Part shown: piece by piece, positions 23,875-37,156 of the stretch
Numbering within the stretch: the first letter of the stretch is position 1
Layout of the letters: every line of letters begins with the position of its first letter
Source: Octopus vulgaris
Lineage: Eukaryota
Assembly (NCBI GenBank): GCA_951406725.2
Contig: OX597819.1
Span: 40,114,001 to 40,178,000 of the forward strand
Reading direction: 5' to 3'
Length of the DNA stretch: 64,000 bases
The notes under the pieces: generated by a model
Database searches by the model: none
What the model saw: only the letters and a program-made list of their open reading frames with translations
What the model was told of the DNA's origin: nothing
Position numbers and translations under genes: made by a program

Positions 23875-25309
23875 CAAAACTCTTCAAAACTCATGTACAT
23901 ACACCTTAAAAGAAATAGAACTTACTTCAATTCAAGTAATTTTCACACCATTATCATGCAACTTTTGTTTAAAATATAATTAATAAATTGATTCATTTTG
24001 TTTTAAATGTATTTCATTCAATCTATTTTAATTCTTAAATATACAGCTGTTCCTCCACAAGCATCAATAGTTGAAGACAAAATACAAACCAGCATGCTAA
24101 CACATTAAAGTACCCAACAACCTAATATAGCTACTGATTTCCTTTTATGACAATACTTTAATATTAGTTTCAAATTTTGTCACAAGGCCAGCAAGTTTGG
24201 GGGAGTGGGGTAAGTCAATTACATCAACCCTAGTACTCAACCGGTACCTATTTTATCGACCCTGAAAGGATGAAAGGCAGTGTTGACATTGGTGAAATTT
24301 GAACTCAGAACACAAAAATGGAAGAAATGCTGTTAAGCATTTTACTTGGCATGCTAATGATTCTGCCAACTCGCCGCCTTACAATATCTTAATATCAACT
24401 GGTGAAATCATATGTCCAAGGATAACATTTTAAAAAATAAGGGAGCAGCCTGAGCAAAATAACAAGGTTTCACACAATCCATCATATTGGACTTAATGAG
24501 TCTATAGGTAGACTGATAGTCTAAACTAATTAATAACAGATTAGATAATTCACAGAGCTGTTTTAAATTTTAGCCTATGTTTAATTACATGCAATCAATA
24601 AAATTACACAGGAAACATGTAGCAAAACAAAACTAAAATGTTTTTTTCTTTTATCTGTCATTTTTTTTTCTTTTGTCATAATGAAATTGAAGATTGAAAT
24701 ACAACTCAAAATTAATTTTTCTATGGAAAAAGATATACTGTTGATATATATTTTATCAAACCCATTTCAGATTAAAGAACATAATTGTGAGTTTCAACTC
24801 AGTACGTTGAAGCCTATGTTAAATACTATACTAAAAGCTATTAAAGCTTATAATGTAATAAAAATAAGCAGACAGGTCAAACCAATAATGTTTCTGATTG
24901 GTAGCATTAAATATTAATGCTGTTCATATTCTATGCAAGGTGAAATAATGTGGAATGCTGTTTTTAGTGAAATACAAAAGTAATATGAAATAAAAGCATT
25001 AAATTAATATTACTGATGCATCACAAAGGCCCAGGTTTTTCCATAGAGGAATTAACAAAAGTGAGAAGTAAAATGGCTTCAGCAATGAAAATGTCACTAT
25101 CTGATTCAATAGGACTTTACTTCTTATAATATAGGGCTAACAAGCAATTGCATTAATATACATAATATACATCATCATTATCAACATTTTTATGACCACT
25201 TTCTATGCTGGTATTGGTTGAACTGGTTGTTACAGTCTAAGTCATCTGCTATTGAGAGCTGCCTCTTTCCAGTGAAACGACTTCAGAAATACTTAACTTG
25301 GAGCAAGCC

Positions 25310-25660
25310 CCAATGCCTAAGCATTTGTCAGCTTGGAAAAGTTTTTGACAGGGTTCCACACTCAGTAATCTAGTGGTCACTACTAAGGAAACTAAGAGTA
25401 GAGGTATAGCTTGTGAGGGCTATAAAAAAAAATCATACATAGAGGTGAAGTTAGCAATGAATTTAGTGTGCAGGTAGGGCTCACTGAAGCTCAGTCCACA
25501 GTTCTCTTCTGTTTTTCATAGTCTTTCAGGCCACACTGGAGGAGCTTAAGAGCAGCTGTCCATAGAAACTCATATATATTTATAAAAAATCTCTTAGTTA
25601 TATCTGTTGAAGATTTAGAGAATTTCCAGACATAGAAACAAAACCCAGAATCAAAAGACT
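25310..25660 (+). mobile_element. RTE reverse transcriptase fragment
   Basis: GCATTTGTCAGCTTGGAAAAG...GACAGGGTTCCACACTCAGTAATC is a degenerate AFVDLEKAFDRVPHSVI motif. Confidence 0.7.
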
Positions 25661-26279
25661 TCAAACTATTTTAAATCATAAAAAGGAAAAAATCAGTTCA
25701 ATTTTCCTTGGTGGTTTCATAGTTGTTTTAGATATTGAATATTTACATCTAATTGATAAATTATACTTCATTTCATCAGAGAGAACAAGAGACAGAGTGT
25801 ACCATCATCATCATTTCTACAGTTGGATGCTCTTCCTCTCACCAACCCTGAACTGTTTCCAAGCAAGGTAATTTCTCAAAGCTGAGGAGGGCTCAATGGT
25901 GAGTGGCAAGGAAGAGCAAGTCTGTAGTGAATGTAACTTTACAGAAGTCATACTGGTGTTCATTAAAGAAACAGTGATGGACTGAAGATGTTGGAGACTA
26001 TGCTTGTTAATGACTGTTTCCATCAGAATTGAGATGTTGGGAGTAAGATCAATAGACTGATTATGTGGTCAGAGGGTTTGCTTTTCTTTAGAATAGAATA
26101 CAATGTAGTAAAACCATTCACAAACAGCTCAGTGAAAATCTTATTATAAACCCCATGTTTACTTGAGTTTCAATTTCTTGATAATAGGATTTAGAAAATT
26201 GAAAGAATAGAATGCTGCCAATAGCCATGACTAAAAGCACTAAATCTATTGCCACAGCAAACTATCCTGTAGACATCTG

Positions 26280-26319
<40 letters not shown>

Positions 26320-26379
26320 GTTTAAACTAGCTGAAATGGCTGTTGAGAATTACAAGAGAGATAAAGTTGGAGTATTGAG

Positions 26380-26650
26380 GTTTGAATAATGTTGGTGATC
26401 TTCGAGAGTTAGATGAACATTGATTAAGGGTACAAGGCACTTTTCAAAAATCTTTGCAATTAGACTCAGAAGAGACAATGATTTGAATGATGCTGGGTCA
26501 GTTTCAACCTTACCAAGCTTCAGAGTAGGGATGATGGTTGAGGTTTTCCAGATTGCTAAGTCTTGAAGTTTTTGAAGGAGATATTGAAGATAATTTTTAG
26601 ATTTTATGATGACAAACTTACCAAGCGAGTTCAGATAAAATATAACCAAA
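26380..26650 (-). mobile_element. Old non-LTR retrotransposon RT fragment (I/Jockey-like)
   Basis: WKTSTIIPTLKLGK...DPASFKSLSLLSLIAKIFEK...DHQH matches the RT domain 0/1 pattern WK.A.I.PI.KPGK...SYRPISLL...K.FEK...QH. Confidence 0.7.
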
Positions 26651-27471
26651 CTGTCTGAACACTTTGCTTCAGTTTCTGTTTCTTATTGCCAATTCTACCT
26701 TCAATTTTCCTTAATTTATTGTTTGTCATCTAAAACATGTCTATTCCCTGTTGAATTGTTTTATCAAATTTGTTCACAAACATTTGGATTAGAAAAAGAT
26801 TTGTTGCAAAATTTGACAGCAATATTCAGCTGCTACTTGCTTTGGTTATTCAATGGTTTCACTTGTTTTCCTTTAAAAGCTATTCATGTAATTAACCACA
26901 TTTTATGACCTCTTCAAGATGACACTTTACAAAAAAAGTATTACAAAACAGCAAGCAGTGTATTTAAAAAGCAGTGTATAAAAATTCAGTTCTGACAGCA
27001 GTTGGAATTTATTTTATCTCAGACTCATAGGACTTGGAGCTTCCTAGGAAAGCTACGTAGACACTTTGCTTTTCAATTTTTATGTCACTAAAACACCAAC
27101 TCCTGATGAGTAGCTCTGACTCTTCAGCTGTGGAGATGATTTTACAGTGTGGGGAAACTTGACTCAAATTTAATCACTAACAGAACAAATAACCTGCTAG
27201 ATCTGATTGACTTTATCCATCCCTTAAATTATTCAATTCTATTGTCAAGTTTCTTGCCATACACCATCTCTAGAGCAACAACTCAAGATACTAGCTATAT
27301 CAGACACAACGCTCATTTTCTCACCATGTTTTAAAAGAATGACATGTCTTACTCAACAAAGAAATATCATTTGTAAATGATAGGCTGGTGGTATTTGAGA
27401 ATAGGGCAAATTCACATTTAGAGCAACCTACAAAGAATGTGGTTAATTCTTGATTACGCAAAGCCGCTTGT

Positions 27472-27777
27472 GGAGGTGCATGGCCTAGTGGTTAGAGCAG
27501 AGGACTCGCGGTCGAGGGATTGCAGGTCCGACTCTCAGACCGGGCGATGTGTGTATTTATGATTGAAACACCTAAGCTCCACACGGCTCCGGCAGAAGGT
27601 AATGGTGAACTTCTGCTGACTGTTTCGCTACAACTTTCTCTCACTCTTTCCTCCTGCATTTTGCAGCTCACCTATGACGGACCGGCGTCCCGTCCAGGTG
27701 GGGAACCTATACGCCAAAGAAACCGGGAAACCGGCCCTTATGAGCCAGGCATGGCTCGAGAAGGAACAAACAACAAA
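27472..27777 (+). mobile_element. tRNA(Arg)-like SINE family B, tail variant 1
   Basis: Head GGAGGTGCATGGCCTAGTGGTTAGAGCAGAGGACTCGCGGTCG...; body ACACCTAAGCTCCAC...CAACTTTCTCTCACTCTTTC; (AAC)n-like end. Confidence 0.85.
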
Positions 27778-30310
27778 GTTGCTTACATGCCCACTCATGT
27801 TGAAGTGCAGCATACAAAAAAAATTCAATCCTTTGTATCACCACAGGTTACCACAAAATGGTAGCCAAAAATAATTTCAAAGTTGAGACAAAAAATGCTG
27901 AGAGTACAAGCCATACTCATACCATCTGGTTTCATAATACCTGGTCCAATACTACAAAATTTGTCACTCATCACCAAAATCTTCAAATTTGGACATTCAA
28001 AAAACTTATGCAATTTTGAAATTTGTCAACAACGGTAAAACCAGAAATGGCATTAAAAGAAACTTCATTGTTTGGTAGTTGAGGATGTGATTTAAGGCTA
28101 CCAGACTACTAAGCAGCAACCCACCACCAGACTAACTCATGACCAATAAAGAAAAAAGAATGTTAACCACAGAAAATAACATGCACACAGGTACAAGTGC
28201 ACTCAGTTTTGTTGTCCTTGCTAAATTATTATTGCAGTTGAATAGATCTAGAAATCACCATTGCTGTGGCATCTCCCATATCTTACATGTCTTCCACAGT
28301 ACAGCTAATCTTATTAATTTAAATATACTGGACCTAAGGAACAAGCTCAGGAAAATAAAACAGCCTTGAATTGAATTGCAATATAGAATTCCTCTTGGAA
28401 CAATCACAACAAATATTAAAATTTTGTTGATCTAAAAGCATTATAAAAAATTACCAAGCATAAAAACACAAACAATCTACAAAGTCAGCTATTTTTTAAA
28501 AACATATTGTCAAGTATTTACCTTGTAATTATTGATTTTTATCATGACACAGCCTCCCCACCACTGCCACCATCACCATCCTTGAAGAACATGCTCTCAT
28601 ATATCAAAACTGAATATATGCAGAGCAGACAGTTTAAAACCCACTTTATCTGTTTACAAAGACAAGTAAAGCAGGTATTAAATTGTTAGACACACCATCT
28701 GTTTTTACACAACAATATAACTGTCTCTGGTATGGTAAGAATTTTTTTTAGTTGGTCTTTCAACATTGTCATAATCATTATGTTCAATTATAGCAGCAGA
28801 CACATATTCCTCTACTAATTCTTGTTACTTAACATTATATTAAAAGTAAGGCAGAATCCCCGAGAGGTTGATATGCTGGACCAAAGCTGCTAAATAACAA
28901 GTTCAAACCTTACAACTACAGTCATTGTATGTGTTCTTGATAAATCAGAACACTACTTATCACAGTTTGCCTGACTGGCAAAAACTTCACTCCTTCACAC
29001 TTCACAGTTGAGGAAATAATAAAGGAAAGTCAACCAACTATAAACAGTTACTCCAATATTTTGTAAATGTCTAAATTTCCAAAAGCCTTTCCTCTATGAT
29101 ATCATGGGAAAATAGATGTAAAACAATGAATAAAATTCTTTGGAAGAGGAAGCAATTGATGTAGCAGATAACATCTCTACCTTCCCAATTACTTTTATAG
29201 TTAGTCTGCTTTAAGAATTCAAGATCTTTCAAATTATGTATAAAATGCAGCTTTTTTTTTTTTCCTAGGCCAAACACAAACATAAGTTACCATCAACCAT
29301 TAATTGGTACTACTTTTCATTAATCATGTCTCCTTTTGAAGCACCTGTTAAACCAAATGCATTTGCATCTCATTTTTCCTCACCTTATGTTTTTACTGCT
29401 TGACTACTTTCTCACCTCATCTATACTTAATCTTTCAGAGGAATTCCACAACATCTACAACACAACAGGTACAGAAATGTCCATTGTTGCCAAGAGGTAA
29501 CAGTCATTTAGTACAACCTACTATAACGAGAGTTATATCTCTCCATTCCCTCTTCACGGTCAAATGGCTAGACTAATGGTCACAACGTTTTTCAGGATTA
29601 CGAAGGAGGTAATCAGGAAAGTTTTTAGCAGAAAAAATGTGAGAAAGTATGATTATTTAGTGGATACTGAGTTTTGTATTAACAAATCACCTTTGACTTT
29701 TTTTGCTTAAATTATGATGATGGGGATTAACTCTGGATTTTTCCCCCGTATAGTTGATGAGATTTGAGATTTATGATACTATCCCTTTATTTCCAATCGT
29801 AGATGGGCAGATTTGTTATCTTACTATAATGGGCATTATGCTTGTCCATCTCTTTGTTCCCTCTTCACAGCCAGACAGCTGGACCAATGGTTACGATATT
29901 TTGGGGGATTACAAAGATGGTCATCAGGAAGGTTTTCAGTATCAAAGAATCAGAAAGTATGATTATTTCGTGGGTATTGATTTTTGAATTGATAAACCAC
30001 CTTTGCATTTTTATCAAAAATTCACCGACCACAAGTACCTCTGGATTTTCATATAGTTTGTGGTCCCATCATAGATATGAAGGGGGTCGCAAGATGGTTA
30101 ATAGCAAAAATAAAATGGAAAAAGTGTGTCAGTATAGAGTGTGAGTGATTATTTAGTGGTTATTGAAGTGTGTCAGTCTTGAGCAGGATTCGAAATGGCT
30201 AATCGAAGCAGCTGTCGTTTACATTTCAGTTTTGACAATCAAAATAACCCATGGTACCAGAACATCCAGCCATTATTCTTATAGAACAGTGAGAGGTAAG
30301 TCTTAGTTTG

Positions 30311-30511
30311 ATTTTTTGCAAACCTAAAGATTCCACTTGCACATTCACAGCAAACAAGGCATATGGCCAGACTTTAGGTCATGTATTTTTACCCACTCTG
30401 ATGTTTACACACAGCCAGTCATATGTCACTATGAGTAGAGCAACAGACTCCAGAAATTTGAAAATTAGTATCGACCAAACAGAAAATATCATCAACAAAG
30501 AAGTTTTGTAA
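30311..30511 (+). mobile_element. Helitron Rep/Hel (Pif1-like helicase) C-terminal remnant
   Basis: TANKAYGQTLGHVFLPTLMFTHSQSYVTMSRATDSRNLKI...TENIINKEVL* matches the Helitron consensus TINKSQGQTL..V....VFSHGQLYVALSR....LKI...T.NIVYKEVL*. Confidence 0.85.
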
Positions 30512-31454
30512 TCATATTGATATTATCAAAAGGAATAGGATTCATAATTCAAATAACGAACTTTGTGAAATTTGAATGTATACGAGTATAAACAAGTGTA
30601 AAATAGTGTAAACAACTAAAATAAAAGTATATCTAAATAACATTTTTTTCTTAATACTTTTAATGTAGTGGTCGAAGGAAACCCTGGATTTCATTAAGAG
30701 TGGTCCGCATAACCATTCATGATATAGAGCTTGGGAGCCTATTTCAGTTTGGGAGTGAATCGTCATTACATGTCCCTTAGTCGCAAACACATGTCATTTA
30801 GCTGCAACAGAATGCTGTATCACCAACAATAATGTGATTTCTTTAAGACATCACCCAGTAATCTATCATGTCTATTTACACATTTCTCAATACATACTGC
30901 TGTTATGAATTGCCTCTCTCATTTTATGGGTAGATTTGCTAATTAATCTAATGGCATGAAGAAGATGCTGTATAGATTTTTAATACTGGATTTCTATTTC
31001 TATCAAGAGTGAAAAAGAGAAATCAAGTTTTGCTAATGAGATGAACTCTCTATTTAAAAGCTAACAAAATACACTTCAGTAATACAATACTGTATGTAGG
31101 TTCTGCTACATATACTTCTCATAATACCTACTTACAGCTGGACTATTGAAAGAGAAGCAATTGTCAATGATATAACAGCCTGTCTGCAACAAACTATAAC
31201 CCACTAACCATGGCACTCTAATATGTGAGATATGAAAACATGGTACAAAATAAATTTTACTTTTGTTATACAGTGGCTAGAATTCTAACAGATTTTTATG
31301 ACTGACAGTATGACAGGTTAGTTCAAGAATTCCTCTCTACTGTACAATAAAAGACATATCATATTTGGCTGCTATTAATAAAGATAATAAAATCAAGCTG
31401 GGACATATAAATATTTTTTTTTTTTTAGTGAAGTAAAAGTAAAGAAAAAAATAC

Positions 31455-31493
31455 CTCATCTGCCTTTCCAGCGAGCTTCTATTAAATCTGGTC
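31455..31493 (-). other. Putative 39-nt microexon (KLHDC3 5' leader / uORF middle exon)
   Basis: Strong acceptor CTGTTTCTTTTTCAG and donor GAG/GTATTT. Only the phase 2-2 frame is open (TRFNRSSLERQM). Confidence 0.5.
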
Positions 31494-33210
31494 CTGAAAA
31501 AGAAACAGATATATCACTTAGTACACTAATTAACAATACTGACTATTTTATATTAACCACCAAAGCGTTGCAGGAGTACCTTATTAGAAATTAACTTTAT
31601 TTGACTTGAATACTTGAATAACAGAAAGTAAATCTAAAGATAAATGTAAAAATCAACCATTCATTTTTTTTTAAGTGATATGATGCAGAATATAAATATG
31701 ATATAAAACTCATAATTTTCCAAATGAAATTTGTTCACCTACTAATTTAAAATGTCGCACTGTAACCCAAATAACAGAAGAAACCCATTAAGGAAATAGG
31801 CATGGCAGCTAAAACCAGCTCAAGGTGGCTACAGTTGACAAAAGGTCACAGGCGAAACCCTTCTACAGGTGAAGTTTAATTCAATCATCACTGCCCAATC
31901 AAGTGAATCATACAGGCTAAGGTATGAAATGTTTGTGACCCTGAGATACCTGCTGATGGTATAGTAGGGTTTCCAATATTCTGATGGATTCAGAGGTTCT
32001 GCATGTGGGAAACCATCTCTGGTGTTTTATTTCACCTTAGAGAATGCAAATCATGAAACTGAATATATGTATGCGATATAGATCTGGATTAAATGAACTT
32101 GACTCATTCTTCTAAACTAGAAGGACTATCTATCTGCCCTACAATTTGGCAGCCATTAAAAGAAACAAATTAGAAAACCATGCCAAATCAGACTGGAGTC
32201 TGGTGCAGCCTTCCAGCATCCCAGCCTGGTCAAACTGTCCAATCCATGCCAGCATAGACAATGGATATTAAATGATGATGATGATGGTACAACAGGCTCC
32301 TTTCAGTCTCTGTCTACCAAATCTACAAATCTACTCACAAGGCTCTGGTTGGCCAGAGGCTATATAGTAGAAGACATTTGCCCAAGGTGCCATGCAGTAG
32401 CACCTTGAGAAAGTGGTTGGGAAGCAAGCTTCTAACCATACAGCCATGCTTGTGCCTACAAATATATCACACACAGCCTTCTCAATAAAAAATAAGTGAT
32501 TCATTCCTCTTAAACCTTTCTAGCAGGTCTTCTAAGCAGCAATCCTATGTATCTAACTGAACAGCTATAACTGCTAACACAACAAATGCTTTATTACATC
32601 AAATTAATAACTGAAATTAAGTTGCGTTTTTATTACATATTTGCATTTCATCCTCCACTGTTATTCAGTTAAAAATTTAATCAACCAAACAATAACTTTA
32701 ACAACTAAATCAAGCAAAATGTTTCATACAAATTAAATATCATATATGGTTTGAATTTTTCTGAAGATGTAGGAATTAAACTGTTAATAATAATAAAGCA
32801 TCTCCTTTTTTTAGATTAATGAAATAAACCTACGTTTGTCATTTCTCACACAACAATTTCAAACTCTCTAATAAATCAAATCAAAACTACCAGTACACCA
32901 GTATGAGACTTTCAGTTGAGCTTTCTGAGTATGAAATTCTTTTAAAGTGAAGAGCAATTAACTAAAACAATGAATATTGAAACCTTGTCAACAGACTTTC
33001 TTAAACAAAACAGATTTAAGTTGTTTATATCAAACTAGACCAGTGATAGTAAACCTATGACATGTATGTCAGAAGCAAGTTATTGTTGGTGTTTAAGTGA
33101 AATACAATGTGTGCTTTGAATGAAAAAATCTCCCCGTAATAATATAATAATAGATGTTGTGATGGACAGATCAGATGGAGATCAGATTCTCTTTTTTATA
33201 AGATAAAGCT

Positions 33211-33619
33211 TTACTCTTTTACTTGTTTCAGTCATTTGACTGTGGCCATGCTGGAGCACCACCTATAGACAAGCAAATCAACCCCAGGACTTATTCTTTG
33301 TAAGCCTAGTACTTATTCTATCGGTCTCTTTTGCTGAACTGCTAAGTTACGGGGATGTAAACACACCAGCATCGGTTGTCAAGCGATGTTGGGAGGACAA
33401 ACACAGACACACAAACATATACACACACATACATATATATATATATACATATATACGACGGGCTTCTTTCAGTTTCCGTCTACCAAATCCACTCACAAGG
33501 CTTTGGTTGGCCCAAGGCTATAGTAGAAGACACTTGCCCAAGGTGCCATGCAGTGGGACTGAACCCGGAACCATGTGGTCAGTAAGCAAGCTACTTACCA
33601 CACAGCCACTTCTACGCCT
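33211..33619 (-). mobile_element. SINE family A, full length
   Basis: Reverse complement of the 111-556 architecture, well preserved. Confidence 0.88.
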
Positions 33620-34403
33620 ATATCTATAAACATTTATCAAAAACTAAAATACAAGTTTACTATCTATATCATTGTCCACATCTTGCTTTTACATGTTTGC
33701 ATGAGTTGGACAAAGTTTATTGAGGCAGATTTCCTACAGTTGGATACCTTTCCTGTTGCCAATCCTCACTTGTTTCCAAGTAAGGAAACGTTTTCCACAG
33801 TGTGAGACAGATTTTCACAGAATACTGGAAACTAATGACAAAGTATGACAGTAGCATTCATTTACAATTACCATGTGATGTCAAGACAAGGACACACACA
33901 CACATATATATATATATATGATGGGCTTCTTTCAGTTGCCATCTACCAAATCCACTCACAAGGCTTTGATTGACCCAGGTCTATAGTAAAAGACATTTGC
34001 CCAAGGTACCACGCAGTAAGACTGAACTTGAAACCGTATTGTTGGGAAGTAAACTTCTTAACCACACAACCATGTCTGCACAGTTGTGTGTATATATAAG
34101 TCCTATAATTAGAGAAATTAGATATTTCAGCATATTTTAGTCTAGCTCAGTGATGATGAATCTTATTCAGGAAAAAAATTTCAGAATAATTCAATTTGTG
34201 CTATCATGGAAAAATAGAGATAAATCATTCAATCTTCAACTTCAAATCTGAATAAAAAATTTGCTGTTTAGGTGATTGGGACATGTCCAATCATAGATAT
34301 TCTTCTACAGAGAATCTTACCACAGAAATTCCCTAACTTCATCTTCCTTAAAAAGTTGAGGTAAAACTGAACCCAAAGTTTGAATGAAGAACCCTACCCT
34401 GAT

Positions 34404-34435
<32 letters not shown>

Positions 34436-37095
34436 TCAAGTTAGAGAGCAAAGAAGTTTCACTCAAATCTTTCTAGAATTTCGTTGCAAGCAAAAGAATG
34501 GTATTCAAAAAAAAATAATATGTTATTAACCACTTAAAGCAAACACAGAAAGCCAAGTTGGTACATTTTATCTTTAACTTGTTTTAGTCATTAGACTGTG
34601 ATTAAATTGGTGTACTGCCTTGAAGGGTTTTAGCTGAACAAATTGACATCAGGACTTATCTTTTAAAGCCTGGTACTTAGTCTATCGATCACTTTTGCTG
34701 AACTGCAACTAAATTACAGGGATTTAAGCACAGTAACACCAGTTGTCAAGCAATGGGTGGGGACAGACACAAAGACACACACATGCATAGGCCTCACAGA
34801 GGCTAAGTGGATGGATTCCTTTCGAGTGCTGGGTTTCACAGAGGCAATGACCTTTGGCATTATGCTGTGCTTTAGAAGAAGACCCATCAAGCCAAGTAAA
34901 ATCACAGAAGTGGCAGATACCAGTGTCATGCAAACTGGCACCTGTGCCGGCAGCACGTAAAAGCACCCGGAGTGATTGGCGTTAAGAAGGGTATCCAGTC
35001 ATAAAAAAACCGTGCCAAATCAGACTGGAGTCTGGTGCAGCCTTCCAACGTGCCAGCCCAGTCAAACTGTCCAGCTCATGACAGCATAGACAATGGACGT
35101 TATGATGATACAACGGGCTTCTTCCAATTTTTGTCTACCAAATCTACAAATCTACTCATAAGGCTTTAGTTGGCCAGAGACTATGTAGCAGAAGACATTT
35201 GCCCAAGGTACCATGCAGTGGCACTTTGGGCAAGTGGTTGGGAAGCAAGCTTCTAACCATACAGCCATGCCTGCACCTAAAAAATGTTTTAAATTTGTAT
35301 TTTTCTTTTATATTAGATTGATCAAGAAGACGAGACTGCTCGTGAGCTTTCATGGACTCTCAGTGATTGGTAAGATTGATGAGGTTAATGTTCCTCTTGA
35401 CCAGTTATAAGATGACAGATGAAAAAAAAAAAGGTGAGGGAATTGCAGAGAAATGGTATTTGGAAGAAGAAAGGACTAGACAAAATGGCTTAGGTGATGA
35501 GAGGAGGTGAGTGACTCAAGATTATCTGAGTGGAGGTGAACAAGTGTAGTCAGATCCAAGGAGCAAAAATAGAAAGGACAGAGTAAGGAGACGTGCTTAT
35601 GGGTCAGAGGTTAGAGAATGCTAAGAAGTAACTTCAAGCAAAACAGTCAGATGGCTGTCTTCATGCAGCCAATGTTGGTTGTGTTGTATAACAGTAGCAC
35701 TGTCACAGATGTGGACACTATTTGAGCTTTCTGTGGAAGCTTGTAGTTATGAGGGATTGAAGTATTTATTGGCACTGAAAAGGAAAACCAGTATTTATGA
35801 TGCAATTTTTGCTAAGTTAAGAATATATGGTCACCAGGAGAGATCCTTAGTGAAGCTTGGCATTTGTTGTGACATTCAGGGCTCTCACTACATGTTGTTA
35901 ATGTTTAGGGGAAATATAGGATGTAAGTGAACATTTTAAAAGTTATTTCACTGATTTAATTATTCAATTGTAAGGACTTAAATGTATCAGTTTAATTTAG
36001 TCTTCCATCAGAAATTCAGAGTTTAATGGCCTCACAAATGAAACTTAAAAGAATTAAAAAAAAAAAAATTAATGTTTTTTTAAAGAAATAAAAATGTCAA
36101 CTAACAATACAAATCACCCAAAGTGAAAAACATGAGTTATCTGACATTTTTAACTGGTACTACGTCACAAAATAAAGTTAGCTGTATCACGTAAAAGATT
36201 ATATATTAATCAGATTGCTATAGAAACAAGTTCAGTAGGTTTTGGTCATACAAACATAACAAATGTTTGAAACTGAAATTTGAATATACAATGCATTCTT
36301 CAACAGCCTTATCAGAGGCAGCAAAATTAGAAAGAAGAAAAAAAAACTTTAAACAGTATATATGTACATATGCCAAGTAATAGTTAACTAGTCAGAATGT
36401 AACTCATTATTTTACTCCAAACATTTCAGAAAATAAATTTAGTGAAACACACTGAAGGTTACACAAAACCACAAATATAAATATCACATTATCAAATGTT
36501 CCTTTTAGTCAACACACTGTTGCTTTCCACCCGAGTACAGACATCAATACTCAGGTGTCAGAAGTACAAATTTAAACACTGCTAAAAATGTATCACACAA
36601 CCCCACCCCCAAAAAAAAAAAAATCATAAAATGAGCAAATTTATTTATTGAAATTAAACTAGACATGTTCTCTAACAATCTTACCACATCTATACTCCAT
36701 ATCTATTGTATCTTTTGGGCTAAAATTTTTGCAAGATGAATTTCCTCATAAGAAAGTTACACGGGTTTGAAAGATGTCATGGCTATTGCTTATGGTCTAC
36801 TTAGGCATGGAAAAACTCAGTATACCAAGGACAAAATTAGAAAGATCACTGATGAGAAATAAGTCATATAGTGTCAGCAGAAGGAATAAAGTCACACCAC
36901 TAAAAGTCACATCCATCAAAGATATGAAATCTCAGAAAAAGAAAGAAGTGAATTAGAAACGGTACATGGTATGATAAACTACTTGTTCCAGTTTTCTCCA
37001 GAATAGTTTCATGTTACTATTTTAATGAGACAGCTACTCCTTGTATACATGAGTGTATATCAGATTCATCTCATGATGAATAGTTTTCTTTTTAC

Positions 37096-37156
37096 CAAAA
37101 TCGACGATACACACACACTTTTTGGCAGTTCAAATATGCTTCGGGCATATTTCAAC
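37096..37156 (-). other. Putative 61-nt upstream exon (KLHDC3 5' leader; contains ATG of candidate uORF)
   Basis: Acceptor ACTTTCTTACAG and donor TTG/GTAAAA. Unique sequence retaining 3 CpGs in a CpG-poor region. ATG at 37148 with A at -3. Confidence 0.45.

Noticed and set aside
27472-27545. tRNA-like sequences at SINE heads (also 43399, 39688 and 11011)
   Set aside because: No complete cloverleaf or acceptor stem; each continues into a SINE body.
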